Assembly: GCA_050575255.1 (NCBI GenBank)
Contig: JBNZDD010013719.1
Span: 3,733,473 to 3,797,472, forward strand
DNA length: 64,000 bases
Source of the DNA: Harriotta raleighana
Taxonomy: Eukaryota
Direction: 5' to 3'
Shown: positions 37,550 through 51,711 of the stretch, piece after piece
Layout: each line of letters starts with the position of its first letter
How positions within the stretch are numbered: the stretch's first letter is position 1
Program-made: the position numbers and the translations under genes
The notes under the pieces: generated by a model
Seen by the model: the letters and a program-made list of their open reading frames with translations, nothing else
Databases searched by the model: none
What the model was told of the DNA's origin: nothing

Positions 37550-38100
37550 GACAACGGCATCGGTCCCCATGGCGACCGCTGGGAATCACCATGGCGACAG
37601 CCGCCGGTCGCCTATGACTCTCAGCGGTCGACATGGTGCCACGCCAGCCGAAACTACAACTCCCAAAATGCCGTGGTGGAAATATGCGTGCGCAGATCGC
37701 ACCAGCACACTGCGCATGCGGAACTGGACCCACAAGGAGTCAAAGGCCTTCCAAAGGGACGCGAAGATTTCCGAGCCGCCGACTATCTGACGTCGCTGAT
37801 TGGCTGTCCTGGTGAAATGTGGGGCCATGTGACGCCGCCAATCACTTGGGCGCGCATTGGCTGAAAGCCGTACCAATGAGATTATTGCTTCCGCGGCCGG
37901 GCGGTTGGCCCAGGGAATGCTAAGTAAGGAAGACCGGCGTGTGGCCGGAGCTGGCGAGATCTTGAGAACTGCAGGTAGAATCAGGGTCAGGCTGGGAGCT
38001 CAGAAGTTTGCAACGAAATGTCTGTGTGAAAGACCCCGGATCCCAACCACCGGCGCCATCCCCCCGCCCCCCTGTTGAGACGAGGATAGGCTGCAGCTGG
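37550..38100. promoter_or_regulatory. CpG-island promoter of RAD51B (possibly bidirectional)
   Basis: Strong local CpG enrichment; ZNF143-type ACTACAACTCCCAAAATGC (~37653-37671), NRF1 TGCGCATGCG (37711), CRE TGACGTC (37788), four CCAAT boxes (37798-37878), RFX-like boxes (37563, 37585); candidate exon-1 donor GCAG|GTAGAA at 37974. Confidence 0.8.
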
Positions 38101-40204
38101 GAGACTCACTCACGCCAGAGTTAGCCTTCAAGAAGGAAACATTGGAAGAAGGAGAAAAGAATACGATTTTACCTTTATACAGGACCTTATACAGAGGGTG
38201 TCTATCACAGTGAGAAATGACTAATAATAAATATTAATAAACCTTGTATTTGATATAGTGCCTTATCAGATCGTTGAGACATCTCAAAGCGCTTTGCAGA
38301 ATATACTTTAAAGTGCATCGACTATTTTGTGGGTGAAAAACGGCTGCGAATTGCACACAGCAGTTTTTCACAAACAGTAGTGGATTGAGTGACTACATTC
38401 TAAAAAAAATTAAAAAGCATTTATTGCCACAGGAAATCATACAACAACAAAATTACACTTGAAAAAGCGTCTTCACGTCAGGAGGATGTCCCAAGGTGCT
38501 GGACAGTCATTGCTTCAGACGGTTACTAACAAACAGGTTTCTCCTTACTGCTTGGTAAATATATTGAACTTGAGATATATATATATAGATATATAATGTG
38601 TTTGTGTATGTATGTATATATAGTACATTGCAATCCAAGTTGGAAATCGTCATACAATTTCTAGGCTTGAAAGCAATCAGGTGTAAGGGAACCCTGACTA
38701 ATTTCTTACTCTCTTCCATTTTCCTGAGCAGATAGAAACCGATGCCCTGGTTGAGATCAACTAATATTTCTTGAGAAGTACACAATACTAAACAGCATGA
38801 GGGGAGACATCCCTCCTGTTTTGTGTGGCTTAATAGCAAGCTCAGCATGCCATGCATTTACTCACTGAGCCACATTTGACCCAAACAATAAGGAAGACCT
38901 GTATTCAACCTAGAAGCCATGTGCCAACCATAAGACTTGGATAACTGGGAGAAGTGTGTAGAGGGGCAATGCAAGGTCTTTGGAATGTCTCCACTGTTGA
39001 TGGATTTTTTTTTAAAATGGCAAATCTTCAGTCACTGATGGGAGGAGAGGGATAAATCGATGAAACAATGTGTCATGCCAAATCTGTGTAATATCTTCCA
39101 GCCTTCAATGAGAATCCATTCAGGGCACGAGAAAAGGGAATTTAGTCTTTTTGGAAACAACAGAATTACATTTCTTCAGCGTCTTTCACGTTGGGAGGAA
39201 GGAAATGCTGAGAGGCTGCAAAAGCACAGTCAGAATGCAGGCCTTAGAATGAAATGTGTTTCTCTGCTTTCCCTCCAACACACACACACACACACACACG
39301 TGAAAACACATCCCCTCCAACTAAGTGGGTGGAACTAATACAGGGCAGGGTATTAGGTAGCACTGGTTCTGCAGGGATTCCAGTCCATCGCCCTCCTGCT
39401 CGGTTAAGCCCAGCTTGTCCATCTGATCAAGCTGGTACATACTGGAGTCCATTGCTAACATTTGCTTCTGAGTCAGAAAATTGTGGGTTCAATTCCCACA
39501 TTAGGATTTTGAGTTCTTAGTCTATCTAGGCTGACTCTCCAGTGCAGTCCTTGGGAATGCTACAATGTTGGAAATGCCTTTATTTGAATGAGACCTCCTT
39601 AAACTAAAATCCCATCTGCCAGTCCAGGTGTATGTTAGAGATTTAAGTACACTATTTGAAAAGAAGGGAATTTCTTCTGGGATCCTGACCAACAACAACC
39701 CTTCTCTCCTCCCACTCATAAAGTTGGTCATTTACTTTAGCCTGTGGGACTTTGCTACGTGTAAGTTGGTTACTATATTTGCTAACAAAATATACAGTCA
39801 CTATACAGTATATCCTGTGAACTTCTTTAAGTCTCTTCAACAGTAGTATATAAATGCAATGATAATTATTGTTTGATTGATGTACGCTTGGATACCTCAT
39901 TCAAATAGCCATCTTGAAAGTCTTACACACAAGTCTAAACCAAATACAAATACACACTTTTCCTGTCCAGAGTCATTGGATAATGATGTGGGAATACTTT
40001 CTAATTTGATTTTCTGTTTCTCCTCCCAGCCTGGCTGAGTGTAACAAACTTAATGTATTCATATTTTGGATCATTTCAAGTTTACAAGGCTTCAGGAGAT
40101 AGCACTTCTGACCTTGGATCAGAAGGTTGGTGACTCACTTTATAGAAACTTTTTACAGTAAAACTCGCTAAGTCATATCAATCAGGATCATAACATTTAA
40201 TGTG

Positions 40205-40905
40205 ACACAACAACAAAATTAGATTTGTAGAGTGCCATTTATGTCAGGAGGACGTCCAAAGGCCCTGAACAATCGGGATCCGAGCAAGGGTTGGGTTGGG
40301 GTTACGCTGAGGGAGGACAGAGAGGTAGGAGGGCGGCTGACAGCATGGTCGAAGAGTAGGGTCCTGAGACCAGTATTGAAGGAGGCAAGGGAGCGAGCAA
40401 GGCAAAGGGATTGTGATGGAATTCCAATGTGGAGGGGCAGAGAGGCTGAAAGCCCGGCCGCTGCTGGTAGGACAGATTGGTTTGGAGACATGGAGTAGGC
40501 CGGAACCTGCTGTACAGAGCGTACAGGTTGATATGGGGTCAGCAAGTCAGAGAGGTAGGAGGGGGCAAGGCTTGGCGGGCTTTGCTAGTGAGGACAAGGA
40601 TTTTAAATTTGATCCTCTTGAGGGATGGGGAGCCAATGGAGCCAGGTGAGGGTGGAGGTGATGGGATTGCAGAGCCTGGTGTGGGAGAAGACCGGTGCTG
40701 CTGAGTTTTGGATGATTTGCAGCTTGTGGAGGGAATAGTTGGGAAGGCCGACAAGGAGGGAGATGCCATAGTTGAGCCTGGAGGTGACTAAAGCGTGTGT
40801 GAGGGTTTCTGTGGCCTGAGGGATCAAGCAGGGAGACGGGCGATGTAGAAGGTGGTGCTGGTTGTGGCATGGATATGGCAAAGAAAGGACAGCTCAGGGT
40901 CAAAC
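40205..40905 (-). mobile_element. L2 LINE 3' fragment
   Basis: HALVTSRLNYG...LQIIQNSAA...LHWLP; (TTG)n tail. Confidence 0.85.
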
Positions 40906-41150
40906 AAGATACCCTGACTGGCCTGATGAGATGGAGTGTGTATTTAGTGCATATGTATAGACTGATGCTGCTGGTGCCTTGCACAAAGTCAGAGTTGCAG
41001 GCAAACTGTATAAATCATAAAATATACATGAGTACCATGACACACAGAACAATTAGCCACTGAACCAATAGCTGGGCCAGTAAAAATTATGTGCCTGAAA
41101 ATAATTAAATGGATTTTTTGATGGTATTATCTCAAAATAGGTTGTGAAGC

Positions 41151-41234
41151 ATGGCAAACAAGAGACTGAAGAGGACTGGGATATCTGCAGACTTGTGTGA
41201 ACGATTAAACAAGTACCAAATTGTAAGCTGTCAG
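41151..41234 (+). CDS. RAD51B: RAD51B first coding exon
   Basis: MANKRLKRTGISADLCERLNKYQIVSCQ|GTAAGC versus human MGSKKLKRVGLSQELCDRLSRHQILTCQ. Confidence 0.93.
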
Positions 41235-42917
41235 GTAAGCCAGTTGCAATTGAATCACCGAATTTGTGATTGGATGGTAATGTTACTCTGTTTGCACTTG
41301 TGGGAATCAGGAATCAATTCATAGGGGCTCACAGGGAAGTCATTTATAGATATAGTTGAAAGCTGAACTGCTCAGGAGGGAAATAAGTATGAATGGCATT
41401 CAATAAGTTTAAGTCATTTGCAGAAATTGTGAAGTGGGATGAGAGAGATAGATGATGTTTCAAAGCTCTCTGAATTAATGTGAAAAATCTAGCAAATTGT
41501 ATACATGCTGTAATAATCCAATTTACAGTTATATAGTGCCTTCTAAGGCTCATGGTGCTTCACAGTGCTGGATAAGCACCTGAGCAGAGGATGGGAGCTG
41601 AAGGGTTGGGGAGGGGAAGGATACAAAGTACAGTCAAAGAAGTACCTTTTGAGATGTACCTTGAAAGTTGGGAATGAGAAAATGAGTCAGAGCGACTCAA
41701 GTACAGAGTTCCAGAGAGCAGGGTCAGAATGTTGAAAGGCAGCCTGCTCATGGAGAGGATAAGATGGGTGGGGACATAAAGCAGGATAGTTTTACTGAAT
41801 GAAGGGAGTGGTCGGGACAGTGGTTGGTGAAGGTTGCAGATATAGGGTAGAGCAAAACTGTGGAGGGACTTGAATTGAGAACAAGAATCTGGAATTCAAT
41901 CTGCTGTGGGATAGTTTCTCAGTGGAACCAAGCAATGTGATCAGCTTGATGTGGGAGAGGACATGGGCTTATATGTGTCAGGTGTGGGGAAGGTGTAATC
42001 AAGCCTGAGCATAATAAAATTATCGATTTGAGTCTCATGAGGGGAGAGGTAATAAGAAATAATATCTTTGCATTTTGATGTATGCTTGGATACACATTTT
42101 GTAGAGTGTTCCATGTCAGGAGAATGTCCCAAAGTGCTTCACAAGTTNGTCAGTCTGAGGGGAGAGGTAATAAGAAATAATATCTTTGCATTTTGATGTA
42201 TGCTTGGATACATATTTTGTAGAGTGTTCCATGTCAGGAGAATGTCCCAAAGTGCTTCACAAGTTATACTGCGTATTTATAGTATTGTATGCACGCAGCG
42301 ATGCCCACAAACCTCCATGAATCCAATGACCCAATTTTATTTGGGGGATAATTGGCCAGGATGGAAGGAGACACTCTCTATTTTGGGTAGTGTTATAGGA
42401 TCTTTAACATCCACCTAAATAGAAAATGGCACCTGCTTTGAAACATCTCATTTGAGATTGCACTATTTGATTGGGAAAGGGAATGACACTTGGTGTCATT
42501 CACCTCATGGCTATTTGTGGAACCTTGTTACATTTGCTTACAGATTGCTATATTTGCTTACAAAATAATCCTACAAGACTTGGTTGTACAGTAATTTTGA
42601 CAGTTAAACACATTAGCAGTAACGAAAGGGCCATCAGATACAAAATTATTCTTCCCAAACTTAGTAGTCACACTTTCAACCATCAATTGTCAAAACAATT
42701 CCACTCTGTACTGAGGGACAATAGGTGATGCAATAATATCCTATATTTCTATCAACATCTAGCAATCATGTAGACCTCAGACAAATATAAGGATATGTTT
42801 GAGTCATGGATATTTAGTAGTTTGTGAAACTAACTCTACCGTCTGATCTTCTTCTCCTGACCCTCAAACTCTATATACGAAACAGACCTGCGATTCTTTC
42901 TGTTTCCTCTTTAACAG

Positions 42918-43031
42918 GACTTTCTGTCGCTTTCTCCCCTTGAATTGATGAGACTGACTGGTCAGAGTCTGCAGAAGGTTTTCACATTGGTTAAAACAGT
43001 CAGTGCAGCATGTGCTCCGAAAATGGTCACT
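42918..43031 (+). CDS. RAD51B: RAD51B coding exon 2
   Basis: AG|DFLSLSPLELMRLTGQSLQKVFTLVKTVSAACAPKMVT|GTAAGT, 114 nt. Confidence 0.95.
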
Positions 43032-44195
43032 GTAAGTTCATACTGTTTCATTCCTCTTGTTCGTTTTTAACGGTTTCCAATTTCTTTCTGATCTCCACTT
43101 TTACCTGCACATTTGATGCCACTCTAAAGTACAACACAGCCACTGGAGTGGGCAGATTACCTGTTATAATAATAATAATCCTTGCATTTGATATAGCGCT
43201 TTTCACATTTTCTAAACAGACGTCTCAAAGCACTTCATAGAATATACTGTAAAGTGAATTGACCGTATATTGGTGGGCGAAACGCGCTCAGCAATGTCCC
43301 ACAAACAGTTGTGGATTGAAATGATCAATTTTATTATTGTGGTTATTTCAGTTTGTTACAATAACGTAGTACAGTAATGTTCAAACTGACTTTTTAAAAA
43401 ATGCTTGGAAGAGAAATTGCTGTTAGTGTATTTAGTGATCTTCTGCAATCTTAAATCATCAAACAGGCATGCTTATACAATAATAAACAATAGTAACCTT
43501 GTTACGGCATCTCTCAGTATAGCTGGTCCTCCTATAGCAAAGATCTGCTGTCAACCTGAATAAATTGGAAGCTCTAAAAATCCTCAGATAATTACACTGT
43601 CCCCAATTCATCCACGTCATCCGCTTGGCCTATTTTTGGTAGCACATGTCTAGTATAAAATCTGTAATCTTTTCATTTCAGGTGTCCTCCTCCTTGTTTT
43701 TAACTTGTCCTATTATTGGTACATTGCCAAACAAATGAATCATATTCCTTTGGACTTAAAATTGTTGAAAGCTAGAGCACAGAAAATGGCCATCAAGTCT
43801 GTGCTGGTGTTTTTCTCTGTATAAATCAATCTAATATGATCCCATTCTCTTGCTAGTTTTTTATATCTTTATATGTTCTTCTTATTTCTAATTGACCTAA
43901 TTCTGTAAAGAGTTTTGTGATGTTTATTTTATAATAAACATATAATGAAAGGTGCAAAATTTTGTTGTTTACCATTTGTACTTTGATTGAAGTCTGGAAT
44001 GCTTAGATCTGGGGTCGAAATCAGTTCTAAAATTGACCGTGTGGTTTTGAGCTTCTTTCCAAATGTTTTCAGCACCTTGGATTAACTTCCCAACAGGAAA
44101 GGCGCTACGCAAATGTAATGTGTTGTTGTTTTGTTGACTGGGGTGGGTGTGATGGTAATTGGATTAAATGCTCTGCTTTGTCATATTGTTCCCAG

Positions 44196-44312
44196 GCCCT
44201 TGATATGAAGACTGCAAGGTGTTCTGAGCCCTCCAAGGCATTCTTTCCTACCTCTCTCATTGGACTTGATGAGCTGCTCCATGGAGGTTTAGCTTGTGGA
44301 ACTCTAACTGAG
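44196..44312 (+). CDS. RAD51B: RAD51B coding exon 3
   Basis: ALDMKTARCSEPSKAFFPTSLIGLDELLHGGLACGTLTE, 117 nt, AG/GT boundaries. Confidence 0.95.
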
Positions 44313-44375
44313 GTAAAACTCAGGGATTCAACCAACAATAGTGCTCTTTTGAATTGTGACTGTTTTATCTTTGTA

Positions 44376-45109
44376 CAGTAAAACCTTGTTTATTCGGTAC
44401 CCAACCAAACGACATACTCACCCAACCGGTATCTCCCAATACAATTCACCATTCCAGCAACTTTCATACCGTAGCCATCCGGGACACTCGCGGTATGTGC
44501 ACTTTGCGTATGCAGGTAGGGGTGGTGCTACCTTTAGGCGAACTAGACGGTTGCCAAGGGCCCTCTTGCTCTCTGATTGGCTAACAGTCTGTACACTGAT
44601 TGGCTAACGGCCCCCACCAGTTACCTCAATCCGGCGTCCCATTGGTCGCCACTCGCATCAATCATACGGGCGCCGTTTACGCCCCACCAACAAATTAGGT
44701 TGAGTTCACTTTAACGGCCTGCCTTCAAGGCTAATCGCGCCCTTTGCTATTGTCCCAATCAATTAATAAGATAACTTTTTAAATAAAAAAACATATACAG
44801 TAAATAGATATCTTGAAGCACGATACAAATAAAACAACGATAATTGGGGGATTGGAGGGGAGACTAAGGAAGCCGTTCTTTACCAAACGCTGGAATGCTT
44901 TCTTTAAAATCATTTTACCAGTGTGCTGGAATGCTTTATTCGTAAGTATCCATGCAATATTCTGTTATTATTTAGACGATTATTATTATGGTATGTTTTA
45001 AAATAAGTTAATTTGTTTTGTTGGATTTTCGGCAAACTTGAATATCCGTCATATTGGATTAATCGCATAGGTCAAGTCCTGAGGGTGCTGGATAACAAAG
45101 ATTTTACTG
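44376..45109. mobile_element. Non-autonomous Tigger/pogo-like MITE (family 2)
   Basis: TA|CAGTAAAACCTTGTTTAT ... ATAACAAAGATTTTACTG|TA. Confidence 0.85.
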
Positions 45110-45759
45110 TATTTTGTAAAATGCTTCACTGAACTTGAGTACTCTGTACAACCAAAGGGAACAATACTCCGAAAAGAATAAAATGGGACGATTGGTTGAT
45201 CCTGGCCAGCCTGTAGAAAGTAATTACAAAATATTCATCAAAGATGCCTTGACCTGATATTATTGTAAAATTGTAGTTTATGTAGTAGACAGAGTAAGAC
45301 ATAGAGTGTAGAACATTGACGTATTTGAGTGCCTATTGGCATGGCACTGTGAGCTCCATTTTCAATTGCAAGAATTATTATTAGCAGTAAATAATTGAAA
45401 AGGGATAAATTATTAATACATCATTTCCAGTAAGGGAGCACAAATTGAAGTTAGCCATCAGATTTAAAGGGGAGATTAGAAAAAATGTTTTTACAGATAT
45501 GAAAATTAGTCACAATCTTCAGCTGCTGCACAGATATCATTGGATTCTTGGTGCTGGTGTGGGATTGGGGAGGGATAGTATTAAAGGGTATGAGAAGCGA
45601 GTAAAGAGAATGGAATCAGATTAGATAGTTGATTTGGAGAAAATAACAGAGCAGACTCGATGGGTCTGTTTCTGTGCTGCAACATTCTGCAAAATTCATA
45701 TTGGTCTTGTTATCTTTTGTGCATAGGCACATTCCTCGAGGTTTCTTCTTTGTTTTCAG

Positions 45760-45896
45760 TTGACGGGTCCCTCAGGCTGCGGAAAGACGCAATTCTGTAT
45801 GATGCTGAGTGTATTGGCTACTCTACCCATCGATATGGGAGGACTTAATGGAGCAGTCATTTACATCGATACTGAGTCAGCTTTCAGTGCCGAAAG
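45760..45896 (+). CDS. RAD51B: RAD51B coding exon 4 (Walker A)
   Basis: LTGPSGCGKTQFCMMLSVLATLPIDMGGLNGAVIYIDTESAFSAE(R), 137 nt. Confidence 0.97.
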
Positions 45897-46595
45897 GTGA
45901 AAGTCATTTATTTTTAAAATTGTTTGCAGGCAAATGCATGGCGCAGTCATAGAATCCTGGACTCGAGGAAATGTTACCACAGAGTAATGAGCCATGGAGT
46001 CCCATTGTGACGATGCTGCAATTTATTCTCTTCACACCCAAACCAACTCCACTCTCCTGCTTACTGTTCATACTCTTTATACAATATTAATGATTCTTAG
46101 ATTTAATATAACATAGTGTGATAAAGCGGGGATTGGAGAAACATCAAACACATCAACTAGCTGTTCTTCATATCGCTTCAGGATCTTGCCTCTCCCTCCA
46201 GTTCTCATTCTGGACTACTACTAATTTTTTTACTTACCTGAATTCAGTTGCTCTGGAACCATCACTCAAAATCTCATTGCCTTGCACCCTTGTTCCCTTT
46301 ATTTAGAACTATTTCAAAAGTACCAATTTGACAATTCAACTCCAAATTCACTCTCCTTTTCTTCCAATAGTCTTTGTGAAGTGTTTGAAGACATTCATCA
46401 TGGTTGAAAGGCACCACAATTTTTTTTTATGAATCAAGACAGTATGAAAGAGGCTTTTCCTTTCAATCTGAAACAGATTGGTTCTTTGTACATTAAGAAG
46501 ATGTAAAAGTTTGGGGTCCCATAAGGTCTTGCTCGCTGGTCCTACACCATTGGTTCCTTGCAGTAATTGATAAATTCTTCCTTCATCTCTTCCAG

Positions 46596-46715
46596 ACTGG
46601 TAGAGATAGCAAGAAACCGATTTCCGGAGCATTTCTCCTCTGAACAGAATCTGATTGAAATGACAAGCCGCATCCACCTGTCTTGGGAAGTCACTTGTCT
46701 GGATGTACTTAAGAG
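46596..46715 (+). CDS. RAD51B: RAD51B coding exon 5
   Basis: LVEIARNRFPEHFSSEQNLIEMTSRIHLSWEVTCLDVLK(R), 120 nt, phase 2/2. Confidence 0.95.
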
Positions 46716-47547
46716 GTAGTTTTTTATAACTAGAATTACACATATGTCCATAATGAAGGTCATTGATGAACTAAATGGGGAACCAATGTTCACTATGGGT
46801 GTGGAATTCAGCGCTTGATATCTGAGTCGGTCAGAACAGCGGTCGTCAGGGAATCAAGGGTAAGATTGATAGAGGTGTCACCGCTATACTTATGTAAACT
46901 GACAAATCATCATTGGGAAGAAAGAACTTGCACTTTTATAGTGCCTTATCACATCCAATGTGCTTTAGCTGTTTACAGTCATTCTTGGAGACAGTTGGGT
47001 ATCTTACACATTCAAGGACCATCCTCTTGCTTGAGAGTATCTAAACCAAACTAGAGAGGAGAATTCCATGTATACACATCACCCATCCCATCATTGTAAT
47101 TTTTGATTGTCTAGAATGAAATATGTACTCTTCTCCTTGAAGGGATGAACTCTGCTCTGCTAAAGCTAAGGAATAATTCAGCTTGGGGACATGGGCAGGG
47201 AGAAGCCCCCTTCTCATTTGGGGATGTGTAACATTCATCTGATTAGATAGTCGGAAATGTGTTTCAGCATCTCATTCAAAGGACAGCAGTCCAGCAATGT
47301 TGCATTCCTCCATTACTGCACAAATGATCGTGCACTTCTATCCCCAATGTGGGGCTTGAACTGATAACCTTCTGAACCGTGTGTGAGCCTACAACTAACA
47401 GGCATGGAGAGGAATGCAATGTCCTCTTGCCCTTCCTCTGTAGAGAGATGACGCTAAAGTAACTGATGGTGAAATGTTAGTGACAGAGAATTCTTAAAAA
47501 GAAAAGGTTTTAACTTAAATTTCCAATTTGATCCCTTCTGAATTCAG

Positions 47548-47731
47548 AGTGGAATCTTTGGAGGATGATATAATTATGAATGGTGTTCGACTTATTATTG
47601 TGGATTCTGTTGCGTCGGTGGTTCGGAAGGAATTTGACACTAGACTTCAGGGAAACCTCTTGGTGAGAAGCAACCTGCTCTGCAAGGAAGCTGCAACACT
47701 GAAGTTCCTGGCGGAGGAGTTCTCTATCCCA
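47548..47731 (+). CDS. RAD51B: RAD51B coding exon 6 (Walker B)
   Basis: VESLEDDIIMNGVRLIIVDSVASVVRKEFDTRLQGNL...LKFLAEEFSIP|GTGAGT, 184 nt. The next exon (VILTNQ) was not found in the window, consistent with a very long intron as in human. Confidence 0.97.
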
Positions 47732-49289
47732 GTGAGTGTCTCACACACACACCCACACACACACACACTCATTCACTCACTCACTTTGCTCCTTGTAGCA
47801 AAACATGTGTCGTGAAAAAGCTTCAAATACATGGAGTCAATGTTTAAAGGACAGTTTGGTGCTCCATTGTGACTGAACTCTGGCTGGGATGGAGTTCCAG
47901 AAGGTTGGGACAGAAAGGCTGATGGCTCGACTGGTAATGGTGGAGTGAGCAGGCTGGGGGACATGGCACAGCCCAGTGCCTGCTGAGCAGAGGGAGCAAC
48001 AGCGTTTGCTCCCTCAGCCTAAAATCAGTATCTGGTTCAGATGATGTGTTGGATTTGACAGAGGCATGGATCTTCTGCCAAACGACTTATTTCTGTGCTA
48101 TACATTCTTTATAAGGCAACAAGAATTGATTCTGTAAAGTAGCAGTTTGATTGCCATTTTGTATAGAGTGGTACATGGCTTAAACTCATTGTGTATCTGA
48201 CTGGTTAGAATGTGCTCTTCTTTCCCAATACAGAGCTTGAACTGACTAGCTTCTGATCTGGATGTGAGAGTACTAAGAACTGAGAGAGATGCTGTGACCT
48301 CTACCCCCTCCTCTTAGAAATGTTGCTGAAATACTGTATAGAGTTTCTTGTACAGTGCCCTTTTCAGACCATAAATATCCTTTGGACTGCCACATCGTCG
48401 CTTTGGCATCAATGTGGTTCTAAGAAGGAGGGAGAGTGTGGAACACTGAACTCTGAAGAGTGTAGAAAGGGGGGAATGTTGTATCTGGAGTTGTTAACTG
48501 TGTTGTGGGCTGTGAATGAAAATGTGCCAGGATAGTCCACCTCAATCTGCCCTTTCCTGCAGTGTCATTTAGGCTCCGTGATGTGGAGAGATGTAAATCT
48601 GTCTTCAGCTCTATGAAAATGCTGCTCTTGTAGTTTTCCTGACATTTTGGGTAGCTTAGCTGACCTTGAAGCGTTCAATGATAAGATATTTGTCAATATG
48701 ATGGTTGGGGCGGTGAGCATCATAAATCAAAGGCTCATTTAGCAGCAATATATGTTCTAGGTGAGACTTTGAGAAGTGAATTGACCTATATTTGCAATTG
48801 GAGGGAGGAGGAGAGTATACATCAATCATTCAAAGACACCAGTCCTGACACTGCAGCAAAAATAATTCAAGACTGCCAGAGGCTGAGGTTCTCTCTGTCT
48901 CTCACAATCTCAGCACGGTGTAAACTGAATCTGTTTTTGGGGGAAGGGATACATTCTGTTTGTGATGCTTCATATGGATTGAAATGAAAAAGTATTTGGA
49001 TGAGAGTATAGGTTTATCCCATTCTTTCTCATGTGAACAGGTACCCTGTTCAAATGTTTCTGTGTGTTTCTGTTACCTGCTCCCAGTGACTTGAAATCAG
49101 CTAGAAGTTGCCAATCTTGATGTTTGAGCGTTGACTGACAGAATGCTCCATTGTGGTGGTGATGGAGAGGGGATAAGATTTGCAAATGAACTTAGTGCTG
49201 TCTGCACCCATATGTGTGCACTTTTAGGCTTTAGGTGGGGGCACAGATAGCAAACAGGAATCTTTTCTATTTTTTCTACCTGGGTGAAT

Positions 49290-49710
49290 AACTTCCCACT
49301 TTCCCACATTCCCACTTATTTAATCTGTCTATATCCCTTTGCATTCTACTTGTGTCATCCTCACAGCTTACTTTCCCACCTAGCTTTGTATCATCCACAA
49401 ATTTAGATACGTTAAGGTCTATTTTCTCATCTAAGCCATTGATGTAAACTGTAAACAGTTGAGGCACAAGCACTGATCCCCGCAGCACTCATCCTGCCAA
49501 TCTGAGAAGACCCGTTTATCCCTACTCTCTGTTTTCTGCCTGAAACCACTCCTCAAAACATACTGATATATATTACCCTTAATTCCATGAGCCCTAATCT
49601 TATGCAACAACCTTTTATATGGCACCTTCTGGAATGCCTTCTGAAAATCCCTATCTAAATAATTTGTCGTATCTAACGTGCTAGTTACATCTTCAAAAAA
49701 CTCTATAAAG
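49290..49710 (-). mobile_element. CR1 RT fragment
   Basis: RLLHKIRAHGIKG, GSVLVPQLFTVYINGLD, KFVDDTKLGG. Confidence 0.85.
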
Positions 49711-50734
49711 TCATCATGGGAGGTACAAAACTGATAGGGTAGCGTACTTCTTTAACGAAAAGTTTGCTGCACATTGTTGAAAGTAGTTATTTTTCAGGAT
49801 TTGCAAGATATACAGTAAAGTGGAGTGACTGTGTATTTTGTGGGTGTAATGTGGTGAATGCACAGCTTTGCCTACAGCACACTGCAAAGTGAGAATCTCC
49901 TCACACCCTGGAACCATACCACGGTCCTTTTTTCAGCTTGTACAGAAATACAATACAAAATGACAGTTGTATAGCATTGTTCTTGTAAAGAGGACATCTC
50001 AAGGCACTGGGTGAGCTTTGATGGGAAGGCAGGAAAAGGGTGCTCTGGCCAGCATGGAACTCAACCATAGCCTACCCTATAGTCACTACCTGGTAACTTT
50101 GGTGAGCTATCCAAGCTTGGCCAATAATGAACTCAGTGACAGGTTAACATTTTGGGTACGTTTAGTTCTGCTGACTGCCTTAACATCAACCTCTTTCCAT
50201 TCTCGTTTCTATTAGTAAACCAGTAACCAGAAAATATTTCAGTACCATACTTCAGCCAAAGGATGGTGGTGTTCTACTAGATATGAATGGTTTAAAAAAA
50301 AACAGCAAAGTACTGCAGTTGCTGTAAATCTGGTTTAAACACAGAAGTCGCTGGCAACACACAACAGGTTAGGTAGCATCCCTGGAGAGAGGAAAATAAG
50401 TTAACGTTCCAGGTCCATGATCTTTTAGAAGATAAATATTAATGGTGGTTGATTACATGATTACAAGAACAAATTGCATTGCTGTAATATCTATCATGTG
50501 GGATGGCGTCACAAGGTGCTGGACAGTTGAGTTTTTGCATCCAAGCTGGGGTTGGGAAATGGGAGCAGGGATGGGAAGATACCTAAGGTGAGTACCAAGA
50601 GAAAGATCTTGACACAGACCTTGAAAGAAGTAAGGGATGAAGCGAAGGGATGAGTGGTGACAGAAAGGCGGAATGCTGAACTGCCAATGGTGGCAGACAG
50701 GGCGGGTTATAGCAAGCAATGGCAAGAAAGTTGT

Positions 50735-51000
50735 GGAGTCCTGTAGCTCAGTGGTAAGAGCACTCGCCTTGCAATCGTGAGAACTGGGTTTCGAATCCAG
50801 GCAGGTCAGGATGAAATCTTGGACAAGTTTCCTTACTTCACACGTCTGATAATAATCCCTCAAAAAAAAACGATAATAAATTGGTCATTTCAATCTATGA
50901 CTGTTTGTGGGACACTCCTGTGCGCAATTGGCTGCCGCTTTCGTCCACAAATATACAATCAATTCACTTTACAGCATATTCTGTGAAGCGCTTTGAGACT
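50735..51000 (+). mobile_element. tRNA-derived SINE
   Basis: A/B-box head with a TTGCAA anticodon-like loop. Confidence 0.85.
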
Positions 51001-51313
51001 TTAGGAAGGATGTCAAGACCTTGGAGAGAGGGCAGAGGAAATTTATCAGAATGATGAGGGACTTTAGTTATGTGAGGAGACTAGAGAAAAGATGGGATTT
51101 TTCTCATTCGAGCACAGAATGTTAAGGGGAGATTTCATAGAGGTGTTAGCTATGAGGGGTTTTCATAAAGTATATAGGGAGAAACTGTTTCCACTGGTAG
51201 GTGGTCAGTAACCATGGCACATAAATTCAAGATGATTGGCCAAAGAACCAGAGGGGAGATGGGGAGAAAGGGTGGTGGAAACAGATTGAATAACAACTTT
51301 CAAAAGAGATTTA

Positions 51314-51711
51314 CAGTAAAAACTTGTTTATCCGGCACCCAACCAACCAGAACACTCAACCCCAACCGGCATCTTCCAATACAATTCACTATTCCAGCAA
51401 ACGGATCTCATACTAGAGGCATCCGGGACATTCTCGAGTATGCTCAAACTTTGCGCATGCACTTATTAAACTTAACGAACGCTGGAATTTTTTTTTTTCC
51501 GATCATTTTACCGACTGTGCTGGAATGCTTTATTGGTAAGTATCCATACAATATTCTGTTATTATTTAGTCTATTATTAATATGGTATGTTTTAAAATAA
51601 GTTAATTTTTTGTGTAGGATTTTTGGCATCTTGCTGCTCAAAATATCCAGCATATTTGATTAAATGGCACCGGACAGGTCCCGAGGGTGCTGGATAAACA
51701 AGCTTTTACTG
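51314..51711. mobile_element. Short MITE of family 2 nested in a CR1 3' fragment (~51000-51850)
   Basis: TA|CAGTAAAAACTTGTTTATCC ... GGATAAACAAGCTTTTACTG|TA; internally deleted relative to 44376-45109. Confidence 0.85.

Noticed and set aside
37479-38078. Cluster of overlapping ORFs in the CpG island
   Set aside because: Expected from GC-rich, stop-poor promoter DNA; no recognisable protein.
42038-42265. ~110-bp near-perfect tandem duplication in a RAD51B intron
   Set aside because: The copies are separated by an N at 42148; most likely an overlapping-contig assembly artefact.
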